A DNA stretch of 63,737 nt, the filler included, from Octopus bimaculoides (lineage: Eukaryota): assembly GCF_001194135.2 (NCBI RefSeq). It is 5 parts of 4 records of this genome, joined end to end, with 100 filler letters (N's around TTAATTAATTAA, not from the genome) between each part and the next. Parts side by side here need not be neighbours in the genome. Positions count along the whole stretch, not along the records: positions 38,312 to 55,569 come from NC_068982.1; 4 more parts are not named here. The stretch is one strand, 5' to 3'. A model generated the notes under the pieces. That model was given only the letters and a program-made list of their open reading frames with translations, was not told the DNA's origin and searched no databases. The translations under genes were made by a program, and so were the position numbers. Position 1 is the first letter of the stretch, and the number at the start of each line of letters is the position of its first letter. Of this stretch, positions 39,060-52,800 are shown piece by piece.

Positions 39060-39500
39060 CTAGAATGACAATGAATAAGGCGTAAGAAGTTTGAATCTAC
39101 ATGGTAATGAATCTTGGGCACAGAAGAAGCTGAACAAAAATGAGTTAGATACAATATGTTGAATGCCTAACATTAATCTGTATGAAAAGCAGTGCACAAA
39201 TGAGCTAAGAGAACAACTTACCATTAATGGTGTTAGCTGAGGTATACAGGTAAGATATGTAGTTGGTATGGCCTTGAGATGACAATGGAAGATGAATGTT
39301 AAGTTAAAAGGCACCATATGCTGAATGTGGAAGCAGTCTGTGGCAGAAGACCAAGGAAGATATAGGAAGTGATGAGGTCAGATTTCAAGGTCTTGGGCTT
39401 CGCAGATGAAATGGCACAAGATTGAGACATGTGGCAATTTGCTGTTCTGCAGAGCTATCCAGCCCATGTCATCATTGAAAAGCAGACACTAAAATGACGT
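39060..39500 (+). mobile_element. Degraded RTE LINE 3' end
   Basis: Remnant of GRPRKTW.EV...DL..LG...M..DRD.W motif (GCAGAAGACCAAGGAAGATATAGGAAGTG...) with a family-C-like tail. Confidence 0.5.
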
Positions 39501-40360
39501 GAAGATACTTCCCTTATAGCAGTATACATAAGAATACTATATCTGTAATTCCATTTCCTCCAGCATACTTTTATTACTTGGTGTTTAGGAAAAAGAAAGA
39601 AATGTGATACTATATGTAATACATATCTTCAAAAGAGATGTAGCAACATTCTTGATAGACTTATATGTTAAGCAAGTCAGAGTATCACATAATCCATATT
39701 AATCCAATTTTTCTCAAGCCAAAAATTTATTGCACATTAATGACTCTACCAAAATTGCATCAAGCAAACTTAGCTTTTCCTTTAAAGTAGAGAAACACTC
39801 AGCTTTTGAATGTCATCCAAAGAAAAACCATACTAAAGCTTTTGCGCTTTTGCTGAAAATGTTAAATGACCTTTGATATGTATACACTGGTATTTAAAAG
39901 ACAAAAAAATTTGCTTCTCTTTAGGTTTATGTTTAATCATAAGCATTTAAATTTTCCCTATTGAAAATCTTCTGTCAGCTAAGTTAACACCACACAGTTG
40001 GTGATATATAAAATTTACACCTAGTCTTTCAGTTAACATTAGAAAGCCTTTTGCAGAATTCATTCTGTTGCAAGCATTCAGCCCAAACCACTATTTCCCC
40101 ACTGACTCCATGTTTTTCCCTATAGATGTTCAAACTGAGCATCAACTGTAATAATCTCACAAGCCTGAAAGTGCCAGCAAAATCCATGCCACTGCCTTTC
40201 TTCCATGACCAGCTTATAAACATAAAGATAATATGAAACTGCTATAGCAGACTGTTCTTCAGAATGGTAGCAGTTCACTCCTATTTGAGCCCATTAGTAA
40301 TGACTCCTCTTTTCAATCTTGACTTACATTATTAATATGTTAATATTGTGAAAAGCATAA

Positions 40361-40590
40361 GGTGGCAAGCAGGCAGAATCATTAGCATGCTGGGCAAAAT
40401 GCTTAGTTGTATTTCGTCTGTCTTTACATTCTGAGTTCAAATTCCGCCAAGGTCAACTTTGCCTTTCATCCTTTCGGGGTCAATAAATTAAGTACCAGTT
40501 GCGTACTGGGGTCGATCTAATCGACTGCCCCCCCCCACCACCACCACCACCAAAAAAATTTCATACCTTGTTCCTAGAGTAGCAATGAAT
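40361..40590 (+). mobile_element. SINE family A, CpG-eroded
   Basis: GGCAGAATCATTAGCATGCTGGGCAAAATG...GAGTTCAAATTCCGCCAAGGTCAAC. Confidence 0.85.
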
Positions 40591-40601
40591 ATTGTGAAAG
40601 G

Positions 40602-40770
40602 CATCATCATCCAACATCCACTTTCCATGCTGGCATAGGTTGGATGGTTTAACAGGTCCCCAAAGAGCTGAAGGACTGTATCAAGTTCCACTGCTTTGGC
40701 AAGGTTTCTCTAGCTGGATGCCTTGCCTAATGCCAACCACTTTACAGTGTGTACTGTGTGCTTTTTTTTA
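40602..40770 (-). mobile_element. Repeat family C, degenerate (further degenerate copies ~44490-44735, ~47645-47770, ~51040-51225 on +, and 54141-54210 on -)
   Basis: CATCATCATCC...TTTCCATGCTGGCAT...GGATGCCTTGCCTAATGCCAACCAC. Confidence 0.7.
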
Positions 40771-41934
40771 TGACCCCAGCATTTATGACATTGTCAAGTA
40801 ACATACAAAGCAAGACAAAAGACCTCTCGATTGAGTGGAGCCATAGTAGACAGGGAGACATCCAGTTATAAAAGTGAGCTTACTCAAACGTTGCAAATGT
40901 AGCTGTCCTAATTCACAGAAACATGCTATTTCAGCAAGTATAAACTCATAGTTACAAAACTGAAGGAAAATTATTGAACTCCTTTATATAATAAGGAAAT
41001 TTAATTTTCTTTTATTTTATTTATTCTTTTCATCTAAATAAATGGGTATTCATAGTAGAGTTGAAACTAAATCTCAGTGCAATCACAGTTTAAACTCTAT
41101 ACTGGTGTGAAAATTATAAATCAATTTCAAACTGTCTCATAATAGATAGTATGCTTGAAATATATTACAATATTTTGATGAGCAAAGAGCAGCAAGTAAA
41201 TAAAACACTTTAGCATGGCCCTTTACAGTGCAAGTTCAAAATCCTAGTAAAGTGTACTTTACCTTTTTAAAATAAATACCAGCAATGTGTTAGAATCAAT
41301 TTCATCAACTTTGCTCCCATCCCAGCTCCACCAAGTCCAAACAATCAACCTTAACATAACACAAAATCTTTACTGATATATTACATTTTTGTTTGTTCTT
41401 AACTGATATATCTAGTTGAAAGAAACATATCTTGTTCATATTCTCAATAACTGTTTTATCATATTTTAAAATCATAGTTCATATATTTAATGAAGATACA
41501 GATGAGCATTGAAATTATTGTTACTGATGTTGAGAAGTCTATCCTATGACTCAGCAGTAGTTAACTAAACAGAGAAACACACACAGGTTCGTCCCACCCA
41601 ACTGACTTGAAGCTACAATGTATATTTTGTTATTATAGATACACAAGTAATTTTTTTAAAAATTGAAGTTTCTTATCCTGTCAGAAAAATTGGGTTGTCT
41701 AGGTAAGCATAATAGTTGGAAATAAGGTTGATGATAGTATTTTACTTACTTTCACATTAGAATAATTGAAGACTTGTTTTCATTCATTGTCAATGATGAT
41801 GATGATCATCATCATCATCATAAATATGTAATAAATAAAACAGAGAGCCTGTATGAAATCAATCTGTGACTTCTAGTTACCTGAGGAACAAGCTACTTAT
41901 TTTTCATTAACATAATTCAAATAAATTAATTGTG

Positions 41935-42550
41935 GCCGGTGCCAGTGTCGAGTTGTGGCTGATGCCAGTGTCGTATAACTGGCCCGGTAAAAGCACGCTT
42001 TAATCATTGGGCAATATATTGTGCTTATGAAGACTTGTTGAACTGAGTGAAATCATAGTTGTGGTTGATGCCAGTGCTGTCTGACTGGCACCCGTGCCGG
42101 TGACATGTAAAAAGTACCATTCATGCATTGGGCCTAATGGAAACAGTGACATCAAGCCAAGTGAGGTCGCAATTGTAGCCAATGCCAGTGGTCTGATTGG
42201 CACCCATGCCGATGGCACGTAAAACCCACCATTTGAGCATTGGGCTTCATGGAGGCAGTGACAGGTGACCAAGACCCTTGATAATATACCATGCTTGATG
42301 ATATGCCTGTCAAGCTAAGTGAGACTGTAGTTGTGGCTGATGCCGGTGTCAGGTCAATGGCACCCATGCTGGCAACACATAAAAAGCACCCACTACACAC
42401 TCAGATTGGTTGGCATTAGGAAGGGCATCCAGCCATAGAAATGTTGCCAAATCAGATTGAAACCTGGTACAGCCCCCTGCTTTACCAGTCTCCAGTTAAA
42501 TCGTCCAACCCATGCCAGCATGGAAAGCAGACATTAAATGATGATGATGA
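41935..42550 (+). mobile_element. Repeat family C, long copy with 4 internal subrepeats
   Basis: GTTGTGGCTGATGCCAGTG-like units at ~41952, ~42058, ~42172 and ~42330, then the standard 3' end. Confidence 0.8.
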
Positions 42551-42904
42551 AATTGAAATATATTTCCAATATATAATCAGGTTTCAAGGACAGAGTGAAA
42601 TGAGGATTAATATAGATAATCGAGATTGTCCAAATGAAAATGTGCAGGTTCAACTATAAATATTTTCTAACTTGATTTGATTTGGTTTAAATTAAGGCAC
42701 TAACTCTACATAGATTATTATAAAGTAGCCTGTGTAAGTAAAAAGCAGATACGGTGTATTACCTCTGCTGACAACAAAGGTTTTCTCTCTCCAAGTGAAG
42801 GGCAGATTATATGATGTTGTGTATGAAGTGTGATATTGCATGATAGCAAAACAGTTTTTTGAATGCAGAGGACATGTGAGGGCTAGAAAGAAATGTGAGC
42901 AGGC

Positions 42905-43125
42905 AGCTGGCAGAAACGTTAGCATGCCGGGCGAAATGCTTAGCTGTATTTCGTCTGCTGCTCCGTTCTGAGTTCAAATTCCGCCATGGTCGACTTTGCC
43001 TTTCATCTTTTCGGGGTCGTTTAAATAAGTACCAGTTACGCACTGGGGTCGATATAATGGACTTAATCCGTTTGTCTGTCCCTGTTTGTCCCCTGTGTGT
43101 AGCCCCTTGTGGGCAGTAAAGAAAT
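42905..43125 (+). mobile_element. SINE family A with a 17-bp target-site duplication
   Basis: AAGAAATGTGAGCAGGC at 42888-42904 and 43126-43142. Confidence 0.93.
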
Positions 43126-43608
43126 AAGAAATGTGAGCAGGCTTCACTAGATGTGTAATGTTGATATGCACAAACGGCAGTGCAAATGAGCAGAGAAAAA
43201 CTGGATATAAGAGGAATTGGCTGTAATGTGCAAAAAGGTAATTGCACTGGTTGGCAAAGGCATATGACAAATATTGAGGTTGAGAGATGGATAGAGAAGT
43301 ATCAAGTGACCCATGTGGAAGGACATGCAGAATAGGATAACTGAATATGAAGTAGTAAATGCAGATCTCAGTAAGGTGAACCTCATAAAGAAGACAACAA
43401 AAGACTGCAACAAGTGACAGGAAAATGTGCTAGAGAAGACCCATCCAATTCATACATGCATGTCAGAGCAGATGTAAAATGAGATTATAGTGTGCTCTAT
43501 CAAATTTAAATATATTAACAGTTACATGGAAATTAAAGAAACTAAATCTTAGTGCTTAAAGCTGGAAACTGGCAAGTAGATGTGCACCATCCAGTAACTC
43601 AAAATATA

Positions 43609-43663
<55 letters not shown>

Positions 43664-43709
43664 TATGAAATTTAATATTTATAAAATACATATTTAAAAG
43701 TAATCATAC

Positions 43710-43827
43710 TTGAATATCTCGATTTTCTTCTTTCTTTATACAATCCATTAGAGGCCGGATTACAGGGTTTAACTTCTCAGGCAGGATGTTTTGCATAATA
43801 GCAGCCATTGCAAGACTGCACTGAACA
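43710..43827 (-). CDS. BTAF1: BTAF1 exon J (VQCSLAMAAIMQNILPEKLNPVIRPLMDCIKKEENRDIQ), phase 2-0
   Basis: ttttttcag acceptor, gtatga donor; LPEKLNPxIxPLM..IKKEEN motif. Confidence 0.95.
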
Positions 43828-46800
43828 CTGAAAAAATATTATGCACATTCATACTTAGTTATATTAATACAGACATCTTAAACTATTGTTTTGTTTTGTT
43901 TTCAACAGGTAATCAATCAGCTTAAAAGTGACACTGTTTTCCTAATTTTCCATTTAAATTTCAATTTATTCTTCAGTCTAAAGACTTATCAAAATATTCA
44001 ATGAATATTTAAACAATTCAAAGTAATTTAATGAAAAGGTAGAAGACTTTCTTACCGAACACTGTAAGTTTGCTGTTCTTGTGCTGTTTGTGAAATACAT
44101 ATTTGTAACTGTGAACGTCTCTCCTCAAATGTTTGCAATGACTTAGGTTTCAGGTTGGTTTTCAAATTATCAAAGGCTGTTGATGTTAAAGCATATGCCT
44201 GCTCAAATGTCAGTATGACACTGCAGATAAAAGAATTTTATTTTAATTTCTCACAGAATAAAAGTATTTGATAATATTTAATAATAATTTAAATATTAAG
44301 AGTCTAGATGCAAAAATTGGGGAACCACAAAGGTATATAAGACATAATCACATGTCACTTGAGGGTATGCCCTGACACATTATTAGCACCATCTTTTGTC
44401 TCTTCCAACTAGGATAGCCATGTATGTCCTCTACAAGATACCTGTTCCTGGCCCTCTATTATACTTAAACCTCTCATCACCTGGCATAAAGCCACCTCTC
44501 TCAACACTAAGTTGTGAGCCTTGTGAATTACTTGAAGACTTCACTACTGCCAATGCCATTTAAAAGTCCCAGTACACTCAGTAAAGTGGCTGGCATTAGG
44601 AAGGGTATCTAGCAGAATAAACCATGCCAAAGTAAACATTGGAGTTTGGTGCACTTCTCCGACTCACAGGCTCCTGTTAAACCATTCAACTCATGCCAGC
44701 ATGGAAAACAGACATTCAATGATAATGATGATGGCAATGATAATATGTATTAATTCATAGGATAAGGTGGCTAAGAAGCAGCTTGTAATTCTAAAAAAAG
44801 AGAAAAAATATTTAAGGTATGATAAGAAAAATTGAAGTGTCTGTTGACTAAAAATATTAAGAATGCAACCAAAAAATGAAACAGTTATTAGGAAAATGTC
44901 ATTAAAGTCATCATCTGTTTGACATTACTGACATGGTTCAATGGACATCTTAGTTTGTAGTGAAGAATTAAGTCTAGGTTCCAGTAAATATTTTCCCCAA
45001 TGAAATTAATACTTATGTTTACAAAGAACAGTTAATAATTTTAATCAGCTGACCTAAAGAAGGAGACATACACAACACTAATTATAGAAAAAAGAATGAA
45101 AGAAAACTTAAGATCACAGTAATTATTACTGAACTGAAAAAATGGTTTCTAATTTTAGCACAAAGTGTAAGTCGATTACATTGATCCCAGTGTTCAACTG
45201 GTATTTATTTTAACAACTTTGAAAGGACGAAAGGCAAAATCGATCTCAGCAGAATTTGAATCTAGAAGAAACGCCATTACGCATTTTTGTCAAATTTGTT
45301 ATCGATTCAACCAGCTTGCTGCATTTCTGAATTGAAATGATAATAGTTTCTAACATAGGCACAAGACCTGAAATAATACTTCACAAAGTTCAACGACCCT
45401 GAAAGCATAAGTGATAAGAAAAAATACAGTGGTTTGAAATAAAGGTGTTAGAAAACCAGCCATTTGGTTATCAACTGAAATCACAATGCATTGTGTCTGA
45501 ATAATGAAGTCAACAGTGATGGTCTGAAGGCAAAGTACTATACTCTGCTTGCTTTATAGAAAATAATTATGGGAATGTCTATATTTCTATCATTAAACTT
45601 GACAGAAATATAGCCAAATTTCTCTCAGATCATAAAAAAAGAACATGTAAAAAGAGCAGTAAAATATATGGTGCCTGGGAAAAAAAAAATCAGAATAGTC
45701 ATAGCTGAAATGCCTTGGCCAACTCAATCAAAGCTGATCTGTAGCTACAATAACAACTAAAGTACAACACACAGATGAGTGTTTAGTAGTAGGAACTTCA
45801 TTCTACTAACAGTAATAACATGTTCAAACATGCAAATACTATCCAATCTATGATAGCTTACTTGTTTTACATGCTTTTCTATGCTAATGTGGATTAAACA
45901 AAGACTTATTTTAGGCAGATATCTTTCATTTCACCAACCCTTACTTGATTTTCAAGTACGTGATTAACTTTTTCGTTCTGCTGGTATTCAAAAGCACATA
46001 GCAACAGGATGTTTGGCAACAGAAAATATAAACATTACATCACTGTTTCCCTCACACAGTGATAAGCAAAGGTATGGAATGTCAACATTCATACACGCAC
46101 ACACATGCACACACACACACAACATCCACCCAGTTAACAACTACCATTTTCATTCACATGGTTTTGGTCAGCCCAAGACTACAGTAGAAGACTTGTCACA
46201 CAGTAAGACGACACTTGAAACCACATGGTTACAAGACAAAGTCTGCATCCAGAGAAACAAATTAACATGGGAAAATAAATCCAAAATGGAGAGAGACAGA
46301 CAGACAATCAGAAAAGTATATTAAAATGTTAAAACAAGTACTTCAGTAAATTTAAAGTACTCATTGTTTGTGCTATCTACATAATCCCATATATTTGAGA
46401 GTAGAAACTATGTTATTTGTGTACAGAAGTTCTCATGAGCTTCAATGAAGCTGAAACATTTAATGGGGACACCTCTGCAACAAACTTTTGAATGTATTGC
46501 CATTTACTCTCAAATATATTATTTGAAAAGCTCTCAGAAACTACTTATCCACACAGATTTTTAAATGCATATTCGATTATTAAGTATATATATAAAGTTC
46601 ATTTGCATATCAATCGACAAATGTAAATTGAAGCCAAAAACATTTATAGGTATTATCAAATTATTTAAGATATTGTATATGAGAATGAAAGCAGATGTGT
46701 AAAGAAGTTAATGTGAATGGAGTTTGTGGAAGAGAGAAACTAAAGACATAGGATGAAATGGTGACAGTCAATATCTGCATTTTGAGTTTTGTGGAGGAGC

Positions 46801-49800
46801 TGACAAAGAATCAACATGATTCATAATGCACGATGCTTAAGAAGACCTGTCATTCATGACAAAACTGAGGTTCTGAAAGCATTGTGTATAAACACACAAC
46901 TGGGCCCCTCACCCAATTTGTCCCTGGCAAGCCTTCTCTATTACCCACTCATCTCTTTATTACTCTTCTTCCCATCACACTCTTAACTAGTGCAGCAGTC
47001 TGAGCAAAATTATATCTCATTATATCTTTTTGTGTTCCACCAGTTCTTGCTTTCACTCCCCAGTACTGCTTCCTTTGACAGCTATTCTTCATTCTAAAAA
47101 TCATCCCTCCTCACTCATATTTTCCATTTATCACTCTTTCTGTGCTACCAGTTACCTCTGTCTCTCCTGAACCACTCCCTATTGATTCTACCCTATGTAC
47201 CTCTCACCACTGCTGTTCATATTACTATATATCTCTCACTTACCCCACACACTCTTGCAACCTACCCACCTGTCTTGTTCCTTTCTTTTCCTTCCCCTTC
47301 TTGTATTATTATTCTGGTGCTTTTCACCCTTTCTGTACTGCCAGTCATCACCAACTCTCCCATACTTTTCTTACAACTCATATTTACCACTGACTACCCT
47401 CCCACCTTTATCTACCATTCACCACATTCTAACACTGCACCACCACCATTTTTATGTCTCTTTCTGGTATTAATCACCATGGTTACTCACACCTACTTAT
47501 ATATAATGTGAAAAGGCCACATCTCTCTTCTATGGCAAGAGAACTGTTTATATTCCATCCTCCATACTTCTCAACAACTAACATAAATCCATTCAACTAT
47601 ACTCCTACTCAGTAAAGGGACTTTTTAGAATTGAGAGTTACACAGAAACCTCACTAATGCTGGTGCCAAAAAAAGAAAGCAACCAGCACACTCAGTAAAA
47701 GTGGTTAACATTAGAAAAAGCATCTAGTCATAGCAACCATGCCAAAGCAGACTTTGGAGTACAACACAATCCTCCAACTCCATATGTATCTATCATGTAT
47801 ATGAGTATGTGTGTGTGTGTATATATAAAATGAATTTATTACCTTGGTGGAAAGTGTTCCTCTACATTTAAACCTTGCTGCTTAAGACCAGCAATAAAAT
47901 CACGACATTCTGTCTGCATTCGTGTGAAGGATACAGCGATTTCATCAAAATAAATAGCTTCATTTAGACAGGTGTGAATTCGCTGTTTTAGATCGTCTGT
48001 GCATGATGGGTACTGAAAATTTAATTGATTAATTTAAATAAAATGTTTGTAAAATATGCAGTTATAATATTTGTTATACACCATAGGATGGGCAGTATAT
48101 TCAATTATTTGTGATTTTGCAGGGGAATTCAATTATACAGAATATACTGTTCATTAGTTTAAAAGAATCATTCTTGGTACATGTTTACATTACCCAACAC
48201 CCTATCAAATCTGCAATAGTAACAAGAATGACACCAACAGTAAAAATACTATATCCTGATTTATGCTAGCATGAAAATTTACTATAAAATTGCCATAATC
48301 TAAAACAATTAAATTAGTTTTACACTTTAATAACATATTTTTTCACTTTTTGTACATTTTAAAAAAAATTTTCATTTTATTTATGTTGGATCTTTTCTGT
48401 ACCTTTCAGGTTTGCATAAAATTTTGTGATCAGGTGAGCAAGTTGTTCTTTGAAGTTGAACAAATTATGTTTGAATGATATGAAATAACATTTATTCTGT
48501 AATTCTTGATGTAAATGTTTGATCCTGAGAATAAGGTGCGAACTTTGGCTGATTATTTCCAATATGCTCAAAAATCGCAGTCTAATGCTGACATTGTTAC
48601 AATGAATCATTAAGTGTAAAGTTTAAATTATTAAAAGATTTGATTTTAATTAGAATTACATCGCTACTCACCTTATTTTCACAGCCCCAAGCATAGATTA
48701 TCTGTGCGACAACAAACCTCTGCAGAGCAGAATTAGAAGTAAGATGAAATATCATTAACTTGCATATGGGATCAAGAGATTTTGATGGGTCTGAATCATC
48801 TGGTTCCACTGCAGTAAGGAATGTACATAACTTTCCTAACAATCTAAAACGATAAAACCATTTTTTCAATTAGCAAATTTATATACATATATGTGAATAT
48901 ATCAAATTACTTTTACAAACTTTATTAGGCAATGAGTTGATATCAAAGAACCTTCTTTCTATCTAATACATTTCATTCTTAGCTGTTTCCTCAGATCATT
49001 CTGTCATTAATTCCTGTTACACCTCCAATACTGTATTATCCCTTTAACATTCAGATTACTCAGTCAAATAAAATGCTTCTTTATTCACATTGTTTTGGTT
49101 TATCATGCATTATCACATAACTATGAGATTATGATGTATCTGTTTATTTTTAGGATGACATTGTAGGGTATATGTGAGAGGTCAGATCTGACAAGTTTAA
49201 ATAAAAACAGATGGAATATTAGGTTTAAACATTTTATTTTTCAATTAAATTAATCGGTAGTGGAAGGACTATGAATTTATCCATCTTCCTAGACTGATGA
49301 AATTGAAGCAGTCAATTATTTGTGGTTAATGTCTGCAAGTAAAGTATGATTGGAGAGGGAGTTTTCAGTCCTAGGCAGGAACCACAACATGAAGCATTTA
49401 GTGTAGGGTTTAGGAGATGAGACAATGTCAGAGTAACAAGAAGAGACGACATGTGTCCTAGATAAGTTTAAGGGCAGGATGTAAGAATATAACTGATTCA
49501 AAAGAACAGAAGCCATTGTAGTAGTGACAGAAGCAGTAGAAAGAAGACACTATGCATTTGTGAGCTAGTAATTAAAGCAAGTTGGCGAGTTAATCTATGC
49601 TTGTTAGTCATATAACTTTCTTTTGGATGCAGTCTAGGGGGCCTCATTCTTACAAGACTTCATAAGTTTTTCAACTCCATCCAAAATTAAAAGAGAATTT
49701 TTTTGTTTGAACATGATTAGAAATTATTTCTGAAGACCAGAGTGAAATACTTTTTAATTATGTCTATAAATCACACGGAATAAATCAAAATTCTTTTCAT

Positions 49801-52800
49801 AATCAATGGTAATTAAAGGATTGATCAAGAAATACATCTGATCTAGCATTAGCATAATTGATCAGGTTATCATTATATAGGTTGCATATAAGAATTTTGT
49901 CGTACAAAAAATTAAGCTAAAAGTGTACATTATAAAACTTGAAAAGTAAGAGATTAGTATCTAATTAAAACAAGCATGTATGAATAATATAAATCAGAAA
50001 TAATATAAACTTTTGAAAAAAATTGGATATGGACGGTTAGATTTCCAACACAGAACATTACCAGAAAAATATGATAAATTGTGTGATTTACATTAAATGA
50101 ATAAAAATTAGGGATAACTGAAGCCAGACTCAAAAGCTAACAAAAAATGTTTATTTAACTTACTTGGCTCCAATCATTCTTGATCTAGTAATATAGATAT
50201 CATCTTCAAGTGAAGACTCATTATAACTATCACTACCACCCAGGAAATCTTTTCGTTTCGTACTAGTTTCAGTATTAAAACTTGTGCAATTTTCATTTAG
50301 CTGACGAAGTGGATTTTTCAGAAGCTGTTGATCCTAGAAAATAAATTAAACCATTGAAAAGAGAAGGAGAAAAAAATCAACAAATAAACATAAATAAAAT
50401 TTAGTTTTGTATGAAATCATAATTTTACAACTTCACACATGATAACCACAAAATCAAATTAGATCATCGGCTAAGATTTAATAGCAGAAATCCTCGAAAA
50501 CACAAACTTTATATTTGTGAATACTTACTCTTCCTCTGTGTTTTGCTTCAAGTATATAAGATGGATCAAAAGGAATTTTTGCAGGTTGCATAAGAAGGCA
50601 AAACCAAACTCCTAACCAAACTACAGAAGCTTCAGTTAAATTTTCTAAAGGTGCTTGCCGCAATATCTGACCCCAAACCTTGAAAATACAAATACATACA
50701 ACTTATCAATGCAGAGAAGGAAACGACATATTCTTATATAGTCATCATAATAAATATATAACAAGGAATGTAAACTTTTTCTCTGATTCTTCTTTATCCA
50801 CACTCACTTCTATTCACCTTCTCGCACGTTACCATTAGGGTACATTCAAATACCTCATCACCATCATATCTACCTCTTATTTGGGCACCACTTCTGTCTC
50901 CCCCACCCACCTATATAAAATATAAAGTAGCTATGAATTTCTTACAGAACAGCTCCTACAGTCAAACTTCTAAACCCCTCACTTAAAGCCACCACTAACT
51001 CCTGTCCTCCCTCTCAACTGAGAGGGTTCTTTAGTCTTGCAAGTTACATTAGCAAATTGCCATGAAAAAACAGCACCCAGTACACTTTGTAAAGTGATCA
51101 ATGTTAGGAAGGGCGTCTAACCATAGAAACCCAGCCAAAACTGAAATACTAGAACAAGAAGTAGTATCTCAACCCACATGATCATGTGATATGGGAAGTG
51201 GATGTAAAAATAATGATGATATATGGAATGATTAGAGGCAACAGAGGTTAATGGGGATGCCTTAGTCTTGTCAAGAACAAACTCTCTGGACATTGTAGTA
51301 CCAACTAGTCTATTGTCAGTGCTTACCAATGGCCAAAACAGTCATTTGCTCCTTATCTCAAATCTTTTATAGACTGCTGCACATTTGGTGAGCAACTAAC
51401 ACAAACAGTTTAGTGAAGATGGATTTTAGCAGTTCTCACACCATATATAGCATAGTCACTTTTTATGCCACTAACAATGAAATTGGTTGTCTATCAAACA
51501 ATTAAACTGTACAGAGTGTAGACTTTTCCTGTCTTCATCTGTATCAAATGTGGCTTTTGCTGGCAAGAATGGACTAGGAATATTAGAATTCACAATACAA
51601 ACTGGGCTCCTTAATTACAGTACAAATATATGTTATATGGAGGAACTGAGAATTCTCAAGCAAATCCCATTTGGAGAAATACCAGATGCCTCACACTTGA
51701 CAGGTAAGCTCTTACTTCACTTAAAGGACAAGCTGAAAGAGAACCTGAAATATACATAGATGGGCATCAATTACTGGGTCGCACATGCACTAAACTGTGG
51801 CTGTTAAAGACAGTTATATTTCAATAAATTTTCAGAATCCAGTAACTTAGTGAGTAACTTGCAATGTTGAGGTATGCTTCAACATCAATTGGAACAAACC
51901 ATAACATAACTTACATGTGCACCACTAAACAATGAACATTACCAAGAAACACACTTCTAAGTCATCACTGAAATATGGAATCATCATCATTGCACACACA
52001 CACACACATTTATCAGTTAGCAATTTCCAAATACAGAGTTAATTATGCCTATGTTAAAAAAAAAGCAATGGAATGCTATGCTAATGAAGTTAAGATTAAT
52101 AAGAACAGTTAAGATTAATAATTTTTTTAAATATTATAAAAATTGTTTATCAAATATAATAAAAGTAATTCAAATGTTTAATAAGCACACTTTTTCAACA
52201 AGTGTCAAAATCTCAGGATTGGATTCAAGAAGAGCTCGTTGGAAGATGTGCCGTAGAGAAGCAGACAACAGTGGCAAAAGCCAGTTCTTTGGATGATTCT
52301 GAAACATAAAAAAAATCAAGGTGAGTTTCAAATGTTTTGCTTCAAGAGAAAATTTGATTTATTTTTAAGAAAATGTATGTAATTTACAAATAATTTACCA
52401 CAATATTTTGTCAGTTTTGAAACTGCCATAAATTTAGTCTCTAATAAATAATATATTGCAAGCAGTTAGTAACCAATTCTTTCATTCTGAATGGTAAGTT
52501 CAACTTAATCATTTTTTTTGTTGTGAATTTTATGAAATGACACCAAATATAAAATCCTGTTTACATGAATTTGGAAAGCTAAACATCTTCAGAGAAGAGT
52601 TCAATCAATAATCTGTATTATCTTAGCACACAGTCACGCCTACACCTACGATAAATTTTTTATGATAAACTTTTTAAATATATAAAATATACAATAAATT
52701 ATACAACAGGCTTTTTAAAAATATGGAAACATATTCATTTACCTGTTCCAAATTTAGTAACGTGTGAAATGTTTTCAATGATGCTTTCCGTACAGATGCA

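Noticed and set aside
40029-40223. Candidate next BTAF1 exon
   Set aside because: No frame resembles the expected AA..LA.LL..C..R.P.PN.KI.KNL segment
48377-48610. 77-aa ORF and a plus-strand micro-exon-like CAG|...|GTGAG inside the BTAF1 G-H intron
   Set aside because: Exons G and H already join in phase and collinearly with known BTAF1; no recognisable motif or snoRNA boxes
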